Shown: positions 1 to 9,334 of the stretch, piece after piece
Position numbering within the stretch: the first letter of the stretch is position 1
Layout of the letters: the number at the start of each line of letters is the position of its first letter
Source: Xanthomonas tesorieronis
GTDB lineage: Bacteria > Pseudomonadota > Gammaproteobacteria > Xanthomonadales > Xanthomonadaceae
DNA: 64,000 bases
Assembly (NCBI RefSeq): GCF_041245805.1
Contig: NZ_CP162490.1
Coordinates: forward strand, 347,336 to 411,335
Direction of reading: 5' to 3'
The notes under the pieces: generated by a model
Seen by the model: only the letters and a program-made list of their open reading frames with translations
The model's database searches: none
Told to the model about the DNA's origin: nothing
Program-made: the position numbers and the translations under genes

Positions 1-1547
1 CGCTGGCCACCCAGTTCCACACCAAGCTGGTCGCGGCCACCGCCGCCGGTGCGGTGGTGGTGGACGACAAGGCCAAGCTCGACGGCCTGTCCGAGGGTGA
101 CATCGCCTCGGCCGCGCAGGACGCCGCGGCGCGCAAGCTCGACGGCAAGTACCTGCTCGCGTTGCAGAACACCACCCAGCAGCCGGTGCTGGCCTCGCTG
201 AAGGACCGCGAGCTGCGTACCCAGGTGATGGCCGCCTCGCAGTCGCGCGCCGAGAAGGGCGACGCCAACGACACCCGCCAGACCATCCAGCGCCTGGCCC
301 AGCTGCGCGCGCAGAAGGCCAAGCTGCTCGGCTTCGACAGCTACGCCGCCTACAGCCTGGGCGACCAGATGGCCAAGACCTCGGCTGCGGCGCTGAAGCT
401 GCTCACCGATACCGTGCCGGCCGCCACCGCCAAGGCGCGCAGCGAGGTGGCCGAGATGCAGAAGGTGATCGACGCACAGAAGGGCGGCTTCAAGCTCGCC
501 GCGTCGGATTGGGACTTCTACGCCGAGCAGGTGCGCAAGGCCAAGTACGACCTGGACGAGTCGCAGATCAAGCCGTACTTCGAGCTGGACAACGTGCTCA
601 AGAACGGCGTGTTCTACGCCGCCACCGAGCTGTACGGCATCACCTTCAAGGAACGCACCGACATTCCGACCTACAACCCGGACATGAAGGTGTACGAAGT
701 GTTCGACCAGGACGGCACCTCGATGGCGCTGTTCTACACCGACTACTACAAGCGCGACAGCAAGTCCGGCGGCGCGTGGATGGACGTGTTCGTCGAGCAG
801 GACGGCCTCACCGGCGCCAAGCCGGTGGTGTACAACGTCTGCAACTTCACCAAGCCCGCACCCGGCCAGCCGGCGCTGCTCAGCTTCGACGACGTTACCA
901 CCATGTTCCACGAGTTCGGCCACGCGCTGCACGGCATGTTCTCCAAGGTGAAGTACCCGTCGATCGCCGGCACCGCCACCTCGCGCGACTTCGTCGAGTT
1001 CCCGTCGCAGTTCAACGAGCACTGGGCCTCGGATCCGAAGGTGTTCGCGCACTACGCCAAGCACTACCAGACCGGCGCGGCGATGCCGGCCGAACTGGTG
1101 GAGAAGATCAAGAAGGCGCGCACCTTCAACCAGGGCTACGCGACCACCGAATACCTGTCGGCGGCGCTGCTCGACCTGGCCTGGCACACCCAGCCGGCCG
1201 ACGCCCCGCTGCAGGACGTGGACAAGTTCGAAGCCGACGCGCTGAAGAAGTTCAAGGTGGACGTGGCCGAAGTGCCGCCGCGCTACCGCACCACCTATTT
1301 CGACCACATCTGGGGCGGCGGCTATTCGGCCGGCTACTACGCCTACTTCTGGTCGGAAGTGCTCGACGACGACGCGTTCGAATGGTTCAAGGAGAACGGC
1401 GGTCTGTCGCGCAAGAACGGCGACATCTTCCGCGCCAAGATCCTCTCGCGCGGCAACACCGTCGACCTGGCCACCCTGTACCGCGATTTCCGCGGCAAGG
1501 ATCCCAGCGTCGAACCGCTGCTGGAGAACCGCGGCCTGAAGGACTGA
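1..1547 (+). CDS. dcp: Peptidyl-dipeptidase Dcp (M3 family zinc metallopeptidase). The 5' end is truncated by the window edge; the frame is open from position 3.
   Basis: HEFGHALH zinc-binding motif. The C-terminal region is typical of the M3A oligopeptidase A/Dcp family. Confidence 0.85.
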   Translation, partial: LATQFHTKLVAATAAGAVVVDDKAKLDGLSEGDIASAAQDAAARKLDGKYLLALQNTTQQPVLASLKDRELRTQVMAASQSRAEKGDANDTRQTIQRLAQLRAQKAKLLGFDSYAAYSLGDQMAKTSAAALKLLTDTVPAATAKARSEVAEMQKVIDAQKGGFKLAASDWDFYAEQVRKAKYDLDESQIKPYFELDNVLKNGVFYAATELYGITFKERTDIPTYNPDMKVYEVFDQDGTSMALFYTDYYKRDSKSGGAWMDVFVEQDGLTGAKPVVYNVCNFTKPAPGQPALLSFDDVTTMFHEFGHALHGMFSKVKYPSIAGTATSRDFVEFPSQFNEHWASDPKVFAHYAKHYQTGAAMPAELVEKIKKARTFNQGYATTEYLSAALLDLAWHTQPADAPLQDVDKFEADALKKFKVDVAEVPPRYRTTYFDHIWGGGYSAGYYAYFWSEVLDDDAFEWFKENGGLSRKNGDIFRAKILSRGNTVDLATLYRDFRGKDPSVEPLLENRGLKD

Positions 1548-1579
1548 GCCGCGCGTCGCCGCCAGCGGTGATCGAGAAC

Positions 1580-1608
1580 GGGATGGCCCAACGGCCATCC
1601 CGTTTTTC
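1580..1608 (+). terminator. Rho-independent terminator downstream of dcp
   Basis: Hairpin GGGATGGCC-CAAC-GGCCATCCC followed by GTTTTT. Confidence 0.5.
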
Positions 1609-1609
1609 G

Positions 1610-2720
1610 TTGCGGCAACCACGGAACGCCGCGGCGCCTTTTGTAGATACCGTCTTCCGGCCTAACAGGCAATGGCCTTTTGAGGGTCGAAGGGCGTGCG
1701 CGATTTGAGCACGCCGTAGGCGATGTGCAGCAGCTTGCGCATGGCGGCGCAGATGATCTGCTTGTTGGCCTTGCCGCGTTGTCGCATGCGCTGCTTTAGC
1801 GCACGGACGACCGGATTGTGGGTCATGGCGACCAAGGCCGGCAGGAACAGGCCAGCACGCAGGCGCGAGGAGCCAGTGCGGGAGATGCAGACCTGCCCCT
1901 GGCGCTTGCCGGACTCTTGCAGGCGTGGGTTGAGCCCGGCAAAGGCGGTCACCGCCGAAGCGCGGGCGAAGCGGTCCACGTTGCCAAGTTCGGCCAGCAT
2001 CAAGGCCGCGCTGGTGTCGGCGATTCCGTCGATGCTCACCAGCAACTCGCGCTGCCCGCGCAAGGTGGGATCCTGGTCGATATGATCGTCGATGGCCCGT
2101 TCGATCTGCGCGATGCGCGCCTGCAACTGGCCGATGTTCTCCAGGATCGAGTCGCGCACCACCAGTGTAGCCACGTCCAGGCGGTTGCGCTCCATCTGCA
2201 GCATCTGCAGCAGGTCGTCCCGACGCCGCACCAGCGCCTTGAGCTGCTTGAGCGCCGGCGGATCGGGCTGCCAGCGCCGCAGCGACTCCCGGTGACGCAG
2301 GCCATAGCTGGCGATCAGCTTGGCATCGCTGCGGTCGGTCTTGACCCGGGTCAGCTGGCTGCGTGCATACAGCGCCATCTGCGCCGGGTTGAGCACGCAC
2401 ACGCGATAGCCCTCCCCATGGACAAACTCGGCCAGCGCCTCGTGATAGGTGCCGGTGGCTTCCATGACGATCCAGCTGTCCGGCTGCGCATGGGTCCGCA
2501 ACCACGCATGCAGGGCGTGGAAGCCCTTCGGATCGTTGGGTAGCTTGGCCTTGGTGCGGTACTTGCCGTTGGCCAGGTCGATGGCCAGGTCGAAACTGCG
2601 TTTGGCGACGTCGATGCCGACGACTGGGGACATGAGAATTCCTCCGTCGGATGGGGATCACGATCATCGCTGCGCCCGGTCCTGCCTTGTGGATGCGAGT
2701 TCACGCCGAGGGCGGACTCT
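1610..2720 (-). mobile_element. IS110-family insertion sequence; the boundaries are approximate.
   Basis: A single transposase ORF lies between the dcp terminator and the lepB-like gene. IS110 elements lack obvious terminal inverted repeats, so the ends cannot be fixed by eye. Confidence 0.6.
1662..2633 (-). CDS. IS110 family transposase
   Basis: N-terminal MSPVVGIDVAKRSFDLAI motif (DEDD-type transposase N-domain) and C-terminal IS116/IS110/IS902-type domain; 323 aa. Confidence 0.9.
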   Translation of the reverse strand: MSPVVGIDVAKRSFDLAIDLANGKYRTKAKLPNDPKGFHALHAWLRTHAQPDSWIVMEATGTYHEALAEFVHGEGYRVCVLNPAQMALYARSQLTRVKTDRSDAKLIASYGLRHRESLRRWQPDPPALKQLKALVRRRDDLLQMLQMERNRLDVATLVVRDSILENIGQLQARIAQIERAIDDHIDQDPTLRGQRELLVSIDGIADTSAALMLAELGNVDRFARASAVTAFAGLNPRLQESGKRQGQVCISRTGSSRLRAGLFLPALVAMTHNPVVRALKQRMRQRGKANKQIICAAMRKLLHIAYGVLKSRTPFDPQKAIAC

Positions 2721-3045
2721 GGATACCGTTCGGACACCGTGGGCCAGCATGTGGAGGGCGGGAGCCGATCTACAGCACAAGCTCGAAGCTTCAGGAGCGA
2801 CTGGACTTCCAGCACCTCCTCCGATGATCAGTCGGAAGACATAACGTCCTAACGGCGTCATGTCCAGATACAAGGAGCGGCTTCAGCCGCGACCGCCTCC
2901 CAGACGGAGGACGTATCCGCGCCTACCTTGCAACGGCGCAAGCGCGCCCCTCCATGCCTTCCGTCACTGGTCCCCGTACCGCGACGCGCGCACTGTCGCA
3001 ATCGCAGTGCCGCGCTGTGCTCCTTCCCAATCCCACAGGTGCCTC

Positions 3046-3675
3046 ATGACGTCGACCAACCCGCAAGACTCCCGCCTGCACCGCGCCGCGCGCTGGACGC
3101 GCAAGGAACTGCTGCCGATCGCGGTCATGCTGCTGTTGCTGACCGCCGCGCGCTCCTCGTTCGCCAATCACTACGTGGTCCCGAGCGGCTCGATGCAGCC
3201 GACCCTGCAACCCGGCGACCGCGTCGCCGTCGATATGAGCGCCTACGGCCTGCGCGTGCCGTTCACCGACTGGCGCGTGCTCGAGCGCGGCCATCCGCAG
3301 CGCGGCGACGTGGCGGTGTTCGATTCGCCGCGCGACGGCACCCGCCTGATCAAGCGCGTGGTGGCGGTGGCCGGCGATCGCGTGGACATGCGCGACGGCC
3401 ACCTGTCGATCAACGGCCAGCCGCTGCAGATCGGTGGCGACGGCGACAAGGAACGGTTCGGTGGGCGCGTCGCGCAGCTGGACCTGGACGCCGGCGGCGG
3501 CCCGGACCTGTACGACGTGCGCGTGCCGCCCGGCAAGCTGCTGGCGGTCGGCGACCATCGCGGCGACAGCCTGGATGGCCGCTACTTCGGTTTCGTCGAT
3601 GCCGACAGCGTCTACGGCAAGGCGCTGGCGGTGTACTACCGCCGCGGCGAAGGCCTGGAGTGGTTGCGCCTGTAG
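3046..3675 (+). CDS. Signal peptidase I (S26 family, short form)
   Basis: SGSMQPTL catalytic Ser box, the GDHRGDSLDGRYFG box, and an N-terminal TM anchor. The ATG at 3046 was chosen over the longer ORF that begins at 2860. Confidence 0.75.
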   Translation: MTSTNPQDSRLHRAARWTRKELLPIAVMLLLLTAARSSFANHYVVPSGSMQPTLQPGDRVAVDMSAYGLRVPFTDWRVLERGHPQRGDVAVFDSPRDGTRLIKRVVAVAGDRVDMRDGHLSINGQPLQIGGDGDKERFGGRVAQLDLDAGGGPDLYDVRVPPGKLLAVGDHRGDSLDGRYFGFVDADSVYGKALAVYYRRGEGLEWLRL

Positions 3676-3721
3676 ACAGCCAGCGCTCGCGGCGGCAGGC
3701 GGCGTCGTCGCCGCGTCGCGT

Positions 3722-4650
3722 TCAGAACGCGACGTCGGCGAGCGTACAGGCCACGTCCCACAGTCGCGCGGCCACCTGCGGATCGCGCGCCTGCCGGCCG
3801 ATCCTGGCCGGTGCCGGCGCGCCTTTCAGTTCGAACGCGCCATCCGGGCCGTAGTACCCGCCGCCCGGTGCCTGCGGCGAGGTGGCGGCGTAGAGCGTGG
3901 GCAGGGCCCCGGCGGCGGCGGAATGGCTGATCCATGGGGCCAGCCACTTGGTGGCCGCGCCGATCGCGGTGCGGCGCCCGTCTACAGCCGGGCCATTGGC
4001 AACCAGCGCGGTCTGGGCGATGCCGGGATGCGCGGCGAGCGCGCGCAGGCCCCAACCCTGCGCGTCGCTGCGCCGCTGCAGTTCCAGCGAAAACATCAGC
4101 ATCGCCAGCTTGGACTGCCCATAGGCCTTCCACGGCCGATAGGGACGTTCGGTCTGCAGATCGTCGAAATCGATGCGGCCTTGACGATGCGCCAGGCTAG
4201 ACAGGTTCACCACGCGTGCTTCCGGCGCGGCGCGCAGCAGCGGCAACACCCGCGCGGTCAGCGCGAAATGGCCGAGGTAGTTGCTGCCGAACTGCAGTTC
4301 CAGGCCGTCGGCGGTGGTCTGCCGCTGCGGCGGCGCCATCACTCCGGCGTTGTTGATCAGCAGATCCAGCCGCGGATAGCGCGCCGCGATGCGCTGCGCG
4401 AAGGCGGCCACCGAGGCCAGCTGCGCCAGGTCCAAAGTCTCCACGTGGACATCGGCCGCCGGATGCACGGCCAGGATGGCCTGCCGCGCGGTCTCGCCCT
4501 TGCCGGGGTTGCGCGCGGCCAGCACCACGCCGGCGCCCGCGCCGGCCAGCGCCAGCGCGGTCTCGTAGCCCAGTCCGCCGGGGCTGGCGCCGGTGACGAT
4601 GGCGATCTTGCCGCGCTGCGACGGCAGGTCGGCCAGGGTCCAGCGGCTCA
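3722..4650 (-). CDS. Short-chain dehydrogenase/reductase (SDR, retinol-dehydrogenase-like)
   Basis: TGASPGGLG cofactor motif, NNAG, and YGQSK active site. The GTG start overlaps the upstream stop (GTGA). The 613-aa ORF in the track is an over-extension. Confidence 0.8.
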
Positions 4651-5682
4651 CGGCGCCACCTCCTGCGCCAGCGCGCGCCACCAGCGCTCGCCGTTCGCCG
4701 GCTGCGCCATGTCCACCCGCTCGCCCATGCGCGGCGTCGCCAGTGGCACGCCCGCCGCCGCGGCCAACGCGACGATGCGCTCGAACGGTTCGTGCCAGGC
4801 ATGCAGGGCCAGGTCGAAGGTGCCGTTGTGGATCGGCAGCAGCGTGCGTCCGCCCACGTCCAGGTGCGCCTGCAGGCTCTGCTCCGGCTGCATGTGCACG
4901 TGCGGCCATTGCGCGTCGTAGGCGCCGGTTTCCATCAGGGTCAGGTCGAACGGGCCCAGCCGCTGGCCGATCGCCTTGAAGCCGTCGAAGTAACCGCTGT
5001 CGCCGCTGAAGAAGATCTTCAGCGCGTGGTCCTGGATCGCCCACGAGCACCACAGCGAGCGGCCGCTGTCGAACAGTCCGCGGCCGGAGAAATGCTGCGA
5101 CGGCGTCGCGGTCAGCGTCACCCCGTCCACCGTGGTCGATTGCCACCAGTCCAGCTGCCGCACCTTGGCCGGATCCACGCCCCAGCGCAGCAGCGTGTCG
5201 CCCACGCCCAGCGGCGTCACGAACACGCCGACGCGGTCGGCCAGGCGGCGAATGGTGGCGCGGTCCAGGTGGTCGTAGTGGTTGTGCGACAGGATCACCC
5301 CGGCGATCGGCGGCAGCGCGTCCAAGGCGATCGGCGGCGCATGGAAGCGCTTGGGGCCGGCGAACGCGAACGGCGAGGCGCGCTCGGAGAACACCGGGTC
5401 GGTCAGCCAGAAGCCGCTGCGCAGCTTCATCAGCACCGTGGAGTGGCCGAGCCGGAACAGGCTGTGCTCCGGCGCGGCCAGCAGCTGCGCGCGGGTCAGC
5501 GGCAGCACCGGCAACGGCAGCGACGGCACCGTGTGCGCCGGCTTGTTGAACAGGAAGTCCCACATCAGGCGCAGGGTCGGGATAACGCCCAGCGTGCTGG
5601 TCGCGGTGGGCACCGCATTGCGGAAGCGTCCGTTGCGGAACTGCGGCGAGGCCGAGTGCGGGGACGACGAACAGCGGGGCAT
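4648..5682 (-). CDS. MBL-fold metallo-hydrolase
   Basis: HNHYDHLD metal-binding motif. Translationally coupled to the downstream SDR. The start was chosen at MPRCSS and is uncertain; alternatives are 5562 or 5796. Confidence 0.65.
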   Translation of the reverse strand: MPRCSSSPHSASPQFRNGRFRNAVPTATSTLGVIPTLRLMWDFLFNKPAHTVPSLPLPVLPLTRAQLLAAPEHSLFRLGHSTVLMKLRSGFWLTDPVFSERASPFAFAGPKRFHAPPIALDALPPIAGVILSHNHYDHLDRATIRRLADRVGVFVTPLGVGDTLLRWGVDPAKVRQLDWWQSTTVDGVTLTATPSQHFSGRGLFDSGRSLWCSWAIQDHALKIFFSGDSGYFDGFKAIGQRLGPFDLTLMETGAYDAQWPHVHMQPEQSLQAHLDVGGRTLLPIHNGTFDLALHAWHEPFERIVALAAAAGVPLATPRMGERVDMAQPANGERWWRALAQEVAP

Positions 5683-5739
5683 CGGGCGGGCGGAAGCGAG
5701 CACGGCGTTGTTCCGGAAGAGGGAGGGGATCGTAGTTAC

Positions 5740-5754
5740 ACTACACAGTGTAGT
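5740..5754. promoter_or_regulatory. Candidate TetR operator: the 15-bp perfect palindrome ACTACACAGTGTAGT
   Basis: Lies in the divergent intergenic region between the MBL/SDR operon and the TetR gene. Confidence 0.4.
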
Positions 5755-5796
5755 TTCCTTTGAGGAAAAGTAAACCGCTCGGTGTAAAATGTCCAC

Positions 5797-6429
5797 ATGT
5801 CCAGTTCATCCCAGCCCGCGCCGGCCCCGATGCGCCTGACCCAGCGCAAGCGCCAGGCCATCCTGGAGGCGGCGATCGCCGAGTTCCGCAGTCAGGGCTT
5901 CGACGCCACCAGCATGGACCGGGTGGCCGCCAGCGCCGGCGTGTCCAAGCGCACCGTCTACAACCACTTCCCGAGCAAGGACGCCTTGTTCGCCGAAATC
6001 CTGCGCGGGCTATGGCAGCGCAGCGTGGACACGCTCGATGTGCCGTACCGCGCCGACCGGCCGTTGCGCGAGCAACTGCTGCAACTGCTGCAGCAGAAGC
6101 TGCGGCTGCTCGACGACCCGGCCTTCATCGACCTGTCGCGCGTGGGCATCGCCCAGGGCGTGCACTCGCCCGAGCGCGCCCGCGAACTGATCGCGCAACT
6201 GGGCAGCAAGGAAGAGGGCACCACGGTCTGGATCCGCGCGGCCCTGGCCGACGGCCGCCTGCAGCCGCTGGATCCGGAGTTCGCCTCGCAGCAGCTGCAA
6301 GGCCTGGTCAAGGGCTTCGCGTTCTGGCCGCAGATCGCCATGGGCCAGCCCGCGTTGAACGCCGCGCAGCAGGCGCAGGTGGCGGAGTCGGCGGCGGATA
6401 TGTTCCTGCGGCACTACGCGCGCGAATGA
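5797..6429 (+). CDS. TetR/AcrR family transcriptional regulator
   Basis: N-terminal HTH (SMDRVAASAGVSKRTVYNHFPSKDALF); 210 aa; divergent from the MBL/SDR operon. Confidence 0.85.
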   Translation: MSSSSQPAPAPMRLTQRKRQAILEAAIAEFRSQGFDATSMDRVAASAGVSKRTVYNHFPSKDALFAEILRGLWQRSVDTLDVPYRADRPLREQLLQLLQQKLRLLDDPAFIDLSRVGIAQGVHSPERARELIAQLGSKEEGTTVWIRAALADGRLQPLDPEFASQQLQGLVKGFAFWPQIAMGQPALNAAQQAQVAESAADMFLRHYARE

Positions 6430-6532
6430 CTGCCGCGCGCGGGCGGCGCGCCCACGCGCCAGTGCGCATTCGCCCATCGGCGGCAATGCCGCAAGCGCGC
6501 AGCGGCCTATGCGACGCTGTCGTAGTCGACCC

Positions 6533-6898
6533 TCAGCCCTCCGACCACACCGCCACCTCGTAACCGTCTTGATCGGCGAAATGGAAGCGGCGGCCCCCGG
6601 GAAATGCGAACACCGGGCGCACGATGCGGCCGCCGGCGGCTTCGATGCGCGCCTGGGTGTCGGCCAGGTCGTTGGAGTACAGCACCACCAGCGCGCCGCC
6701 AGGTTGCGCGGTGCCGTGGAAGAAGCCGCCGCTGAGGCGGCCGTCCCGGAATTCGCAGTAGTCCGGGCCGTAGTCCTGGAAGCTCCAGTCGAAGGCCTGG
6801 CCGTAGAACGCCTTGGCCGCGGCGATCGAGGCGACGGCGAATTCCAGGTAGTCGATGCGGTGGTGCTGGTCGGCGCGGCTCATGGCGGGCTCCGTCAA
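6533..6898 (-). CDS. VOC family protein (glyoxalase/bleomycin-resistance fold)
   Basis: 121 aa with composition and motifs typical of small VOC proteins. Cleanly bounded. Confidence 0.7.
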   Translation of the reverse strand: MTEPAMSRADQHHRIDYLEFAVASIAAAKAFYGQAFDWSFQDYGPDYCEFRDGRLSGGFFHGTAQPGGALVVLYSNDLADTQARIEAAGGRIVRPVFAFPGGRRFHFADQDGYEVAVWSEG

Positions 6899-6953
6899 AA
6901 GGGCCGCCAGTATCCATCGCCGCGCCGCTGCCGGCTTGGCGAAAACGGCCAGC

Positions 6954-7688
6954 TCAGCGTGCGTGCCGCTGCACCAGCTCGCGCGGGCTGAGGCCGGTCA
7001 GCTGGCGGCTGTCGCGCACCAGGTGCGGCGCGTCGCCGTAACCGGCTTGCAGGGCGGCCGCGGTCAGCGTGGCGTGGCCGGAGGCGATGCGCAGGAAGCG
7101 CTGCAGGCGCAGGATGCGCTCCAGGGTCTTGGCGCCGTAACCGAACGCGTCCTGGCAGCGGCGCCGTAGCGAGCGTTCGCTGATGCCCAGGCTACGCGTG
7201 AGCTCGGCCATGCGCGGCGCATCGTCGCCGGCCAGTTGCGCGAACACCCAGGCCATCGGCTGGTCCGCCACGAGTGGCCGGCTGGCGCATAGCGCATGCA
7301 GCACCGCCAGCGGTTCGCTGCCCTCTTCGAGCCGTGCCTGCCAGTCGCGGCCACGGCCGTTCCACAAGGCGTCCAGCGCGATGCGTTGGTCGGCGATGGC
7401 GTGCAGCGGGACGCCGAGCAGGCTTGCGCCCGCGCCGGCAGCCAGGCGCACCCCGCTCAGCACGCTGCCCGGCGCCAGGGTCGCGACGCTGGCGCCGCGG
7501 TCCGGCCCGGCCACGAACAGCACGCGTCCGTCCCAGATCAGGTCCACGCAACCATCCGGCAGCACTTGCGTCGGCAGCGGATCGGCAGCGCCCTGGCGAA
7601 AGCGCCAGCTGCAGCGCAGGCGATCGCGCAACGCCGGCGGCGCGTCGATTTCGGCGTAGCGGGAAGACGCGGGCAAGGCGCTGGTCAT
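6954..7688 (-). CDS. AraC family transcriptional regulator
   Basis: C-terminal AraC HTH (LTRSLGISERSLRRRCQDAFGYGAKTLERILRLQRF). The start was chosen at the internal Met. Confidence 0.7.
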   Translation of the reverse strand: MTSALPASSRYAEIDAPPALRDRLRCSWRFRQGAADPLPTQVLPDGCVDLIWDGRVLFVAGPDRGASVATLAPGSVLSGVRLAAGAGASLLGVPLHAIADQRIALDALWNGRGRDWQARLEEGSEPLAVLHALCASRPLVADQPMAWVFAQLAGDDAPRMAELTRSLGISERSLRRRCQDAFGYGAKTLERILRLQRFLRIASGHATLTAAALQAGYGDAPHLVRDSRQLTGLSPRELVQRHAR

Positions 7689-7820
7689 CGGCGGCTGGGC
7701 GATGCATTGCAGATTACGCCATGCACCGCTGCCCGATGGCGTTGCGCCTGCTTCGCGCATGCCGCGCAGCGCTCGCGCTGCACGCGCAACGCTGGCGGCT
7801 CGCTCGACATCGCGCGGCGC

Positions 7821-9083
7821 TCAGCGATGGGCGCGGCCCGGGTCCAGCGCGTCGGCGCCGGGCGCCTGCCGCTGCCGGTGGAACCACGCCACCATCGGCG
7901 AGGCCATCAGCGTGGTGACCAGGGTCATTCCGAATAGCAGGGTGAACAGGTCCGGGCCGATCACGCCGCTGTCCAGGCCGATCTTGATCACCACCAGTTC
8001 CATCAGTCCGCGCGCGTTCATCAGCGAGCCCACGGTCAGGCTGTCGCGCCAGTCGTGGCCGCTCAGGCGCGCGCCCAGCGTGCAGCCGACCAGCTTGCCG
8101 AGCACCGCCACGCCGACCACCAGCACGAAGCCGGCGATGCCGGCACCCGCGAACGCGCTGGGGCTGGTGGCCTGGCCGGCGACCGCGAACAGCACCGGCA
8201 TCAGCAAGGTGATCGCCAGCGGTTCGATGCGCCCCGCCAGGTGTTCCAGCAGGCGGTCCTCGCGCGGCAGGCAGATGCCGAACAGGAATGCGCCGAAGAT
8301 GGCATGCAGGCCGATCCACTCGGCCGCGGCAGCGCAGGCCAGCAGGCCGATCAGCACCCAGACCAGGGCGGTCGGCGCATAGCGGCCATCGTGCGCGCGG
8401 GGCTGCAGCAAGCGCGCGAACGCGGGGCGCAGCACGCCGAACACCACTGCGATCAAAACCAGTGCGCCGAGCGCGGTGAAGCCGACGCCGCCGTGCGCAT
8501 TGCCGCCGGTCAGGGTCAGCACCACGGCCAGGAAGATCCACACGGTGGCGTCGTCGATCACCGCCGCGCCCAGCGCCAGGCGGCCGGCCGGCGTGCGGGT
8601 CATGTTGCGGTCCTTGAGGATGCGCGCCAGCACCGGGAACGCGGTGACCGACATCGCCGCGGCGATGAACAGCGCGAACGGCCAGAAGCCGATGCCGTGC
8701 GGCGCGAAGCGCGGGTACAGCCATGGCGCCGCGGCCAGGCCGAGCAGCAACGGCAGCGCGATCCCGGACAGGCCGACCGCCACCGACGAGCGCACCTGCG
8801 CCCTGGTGCCTTCCGGCGCGCGCAGCTCCACGCCGACAATGAACATGAACAGCACGACGCCGAGGTTGGCCAGCCCGGACAGCGGCGGCAGGCTGACAGG
8901 TGCGAACAACGCGCCGTGCAGGTCCGGCAGCCATGCGCCGAACACGATCGGCCCCAGCAGCAAGCCGGCGGCCATCTCGCCGATCACCGGCGGCTGCCCG
9001 ATGCGCTGCAGCAGCACGCCGCACAGGCGCGCCGCGCCCAGGATCACCGCCAACTGCACCAGCAACAGCGTGGTTGGATTCAT
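7821..9083 (-). CDS. Cation:proton antiporter (CPA2/Kef-type Na+/H+ exchanger family)
   Basis: About 12 predicted TM segments. The N-terminus (LLLVQLAVILGAARLCGVLLQRIGQPPVIGEMAAGLLLGP) is typical of CPA2. Confidence 0.85.
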   Translation of the reverse strand: MNPTTLLLVQLAVILGAARLCGVLLQRIGQPPVIGEMAAGLLLGPIVFGAWLPDLHGALFAPVSLPPLSGLANLGVVLFMFIVGVELRAPEGTRAQVRSSVAVGLSGIALPLLLGLAAAPWLYPRFAPHGIGFWPFALFIAAAMSVTAFPVLARILKDRNMTRTPAGRLALGAAVIDDATVWIFLAVVLTLTGGNAHGGVGFTALGALVLIAVVFGVLRPAFARLLQPRAHDGRYAPTALVWVLIGLLACAAAAEWIGLHAIFGAFLFGICLPREDRLLEHLAGRIEPLAITLLMPVLFAVAGQATSPSAFAGAGIAGFVLVVGVAVLGKLVGCTLGARLSGHDWRDSLTVGSLMNARGLMELVVIKIGLDSGVIGPDLFTLLFGMTLVTTLMASPMVAWFHRQRQAPGADALDPGRAHR

Positions 9084-9334
9084 CGCCTCAGCCCTTCCCC
9101 TGGATCGAATCGGCGTGCACGTCAGGACGCGCGCGGTGTGCGCGTTCGTCGCCCCCTCCCCCTGCTGCGCCGGTCGAGCGGACCGAGAGGCGCAGCGTGC
9201 GATCAGTCTATGCCGATCGCCGCGCGCGAGTCAGCCGCTGCGGCGGACCGGGAACCCTGTCTCGGCTTCACGTGGATGCGGGCTGCCTCTGCCGGCCGAA
9301 ACACTGCGCTGCCGATACGCGCCGTAGGCACGGA

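Noticed and set aside
1387-2667. 426-aa minus-strand ORF overlapping the IS110 transposase in another frame
   Set aside because: Arg/Pro/Gly-rich, low-complexity translation that is typical of an out-of-frame reading of GC-rich DNA. The in-frame IS110 transposase explains the region.
2860-3045. N-terminal 62-codon extension of the signal peptidase ORF
   Set aside because: Pro/Arg-rich and lies within the IS flank. The internal ATG at 3046 gives a canonical signal-anchored peptidase.
3434-4921. 495-aa plus-strand ORF and the 613-aa minus ORF (3722-5563) spanning the SDR and MBL genes
   Set aside because: Antisense or over-extended frames. The real SDR starts at a GTG coupled to the MBL hydrolase stop, and the remainder is composition-driven.
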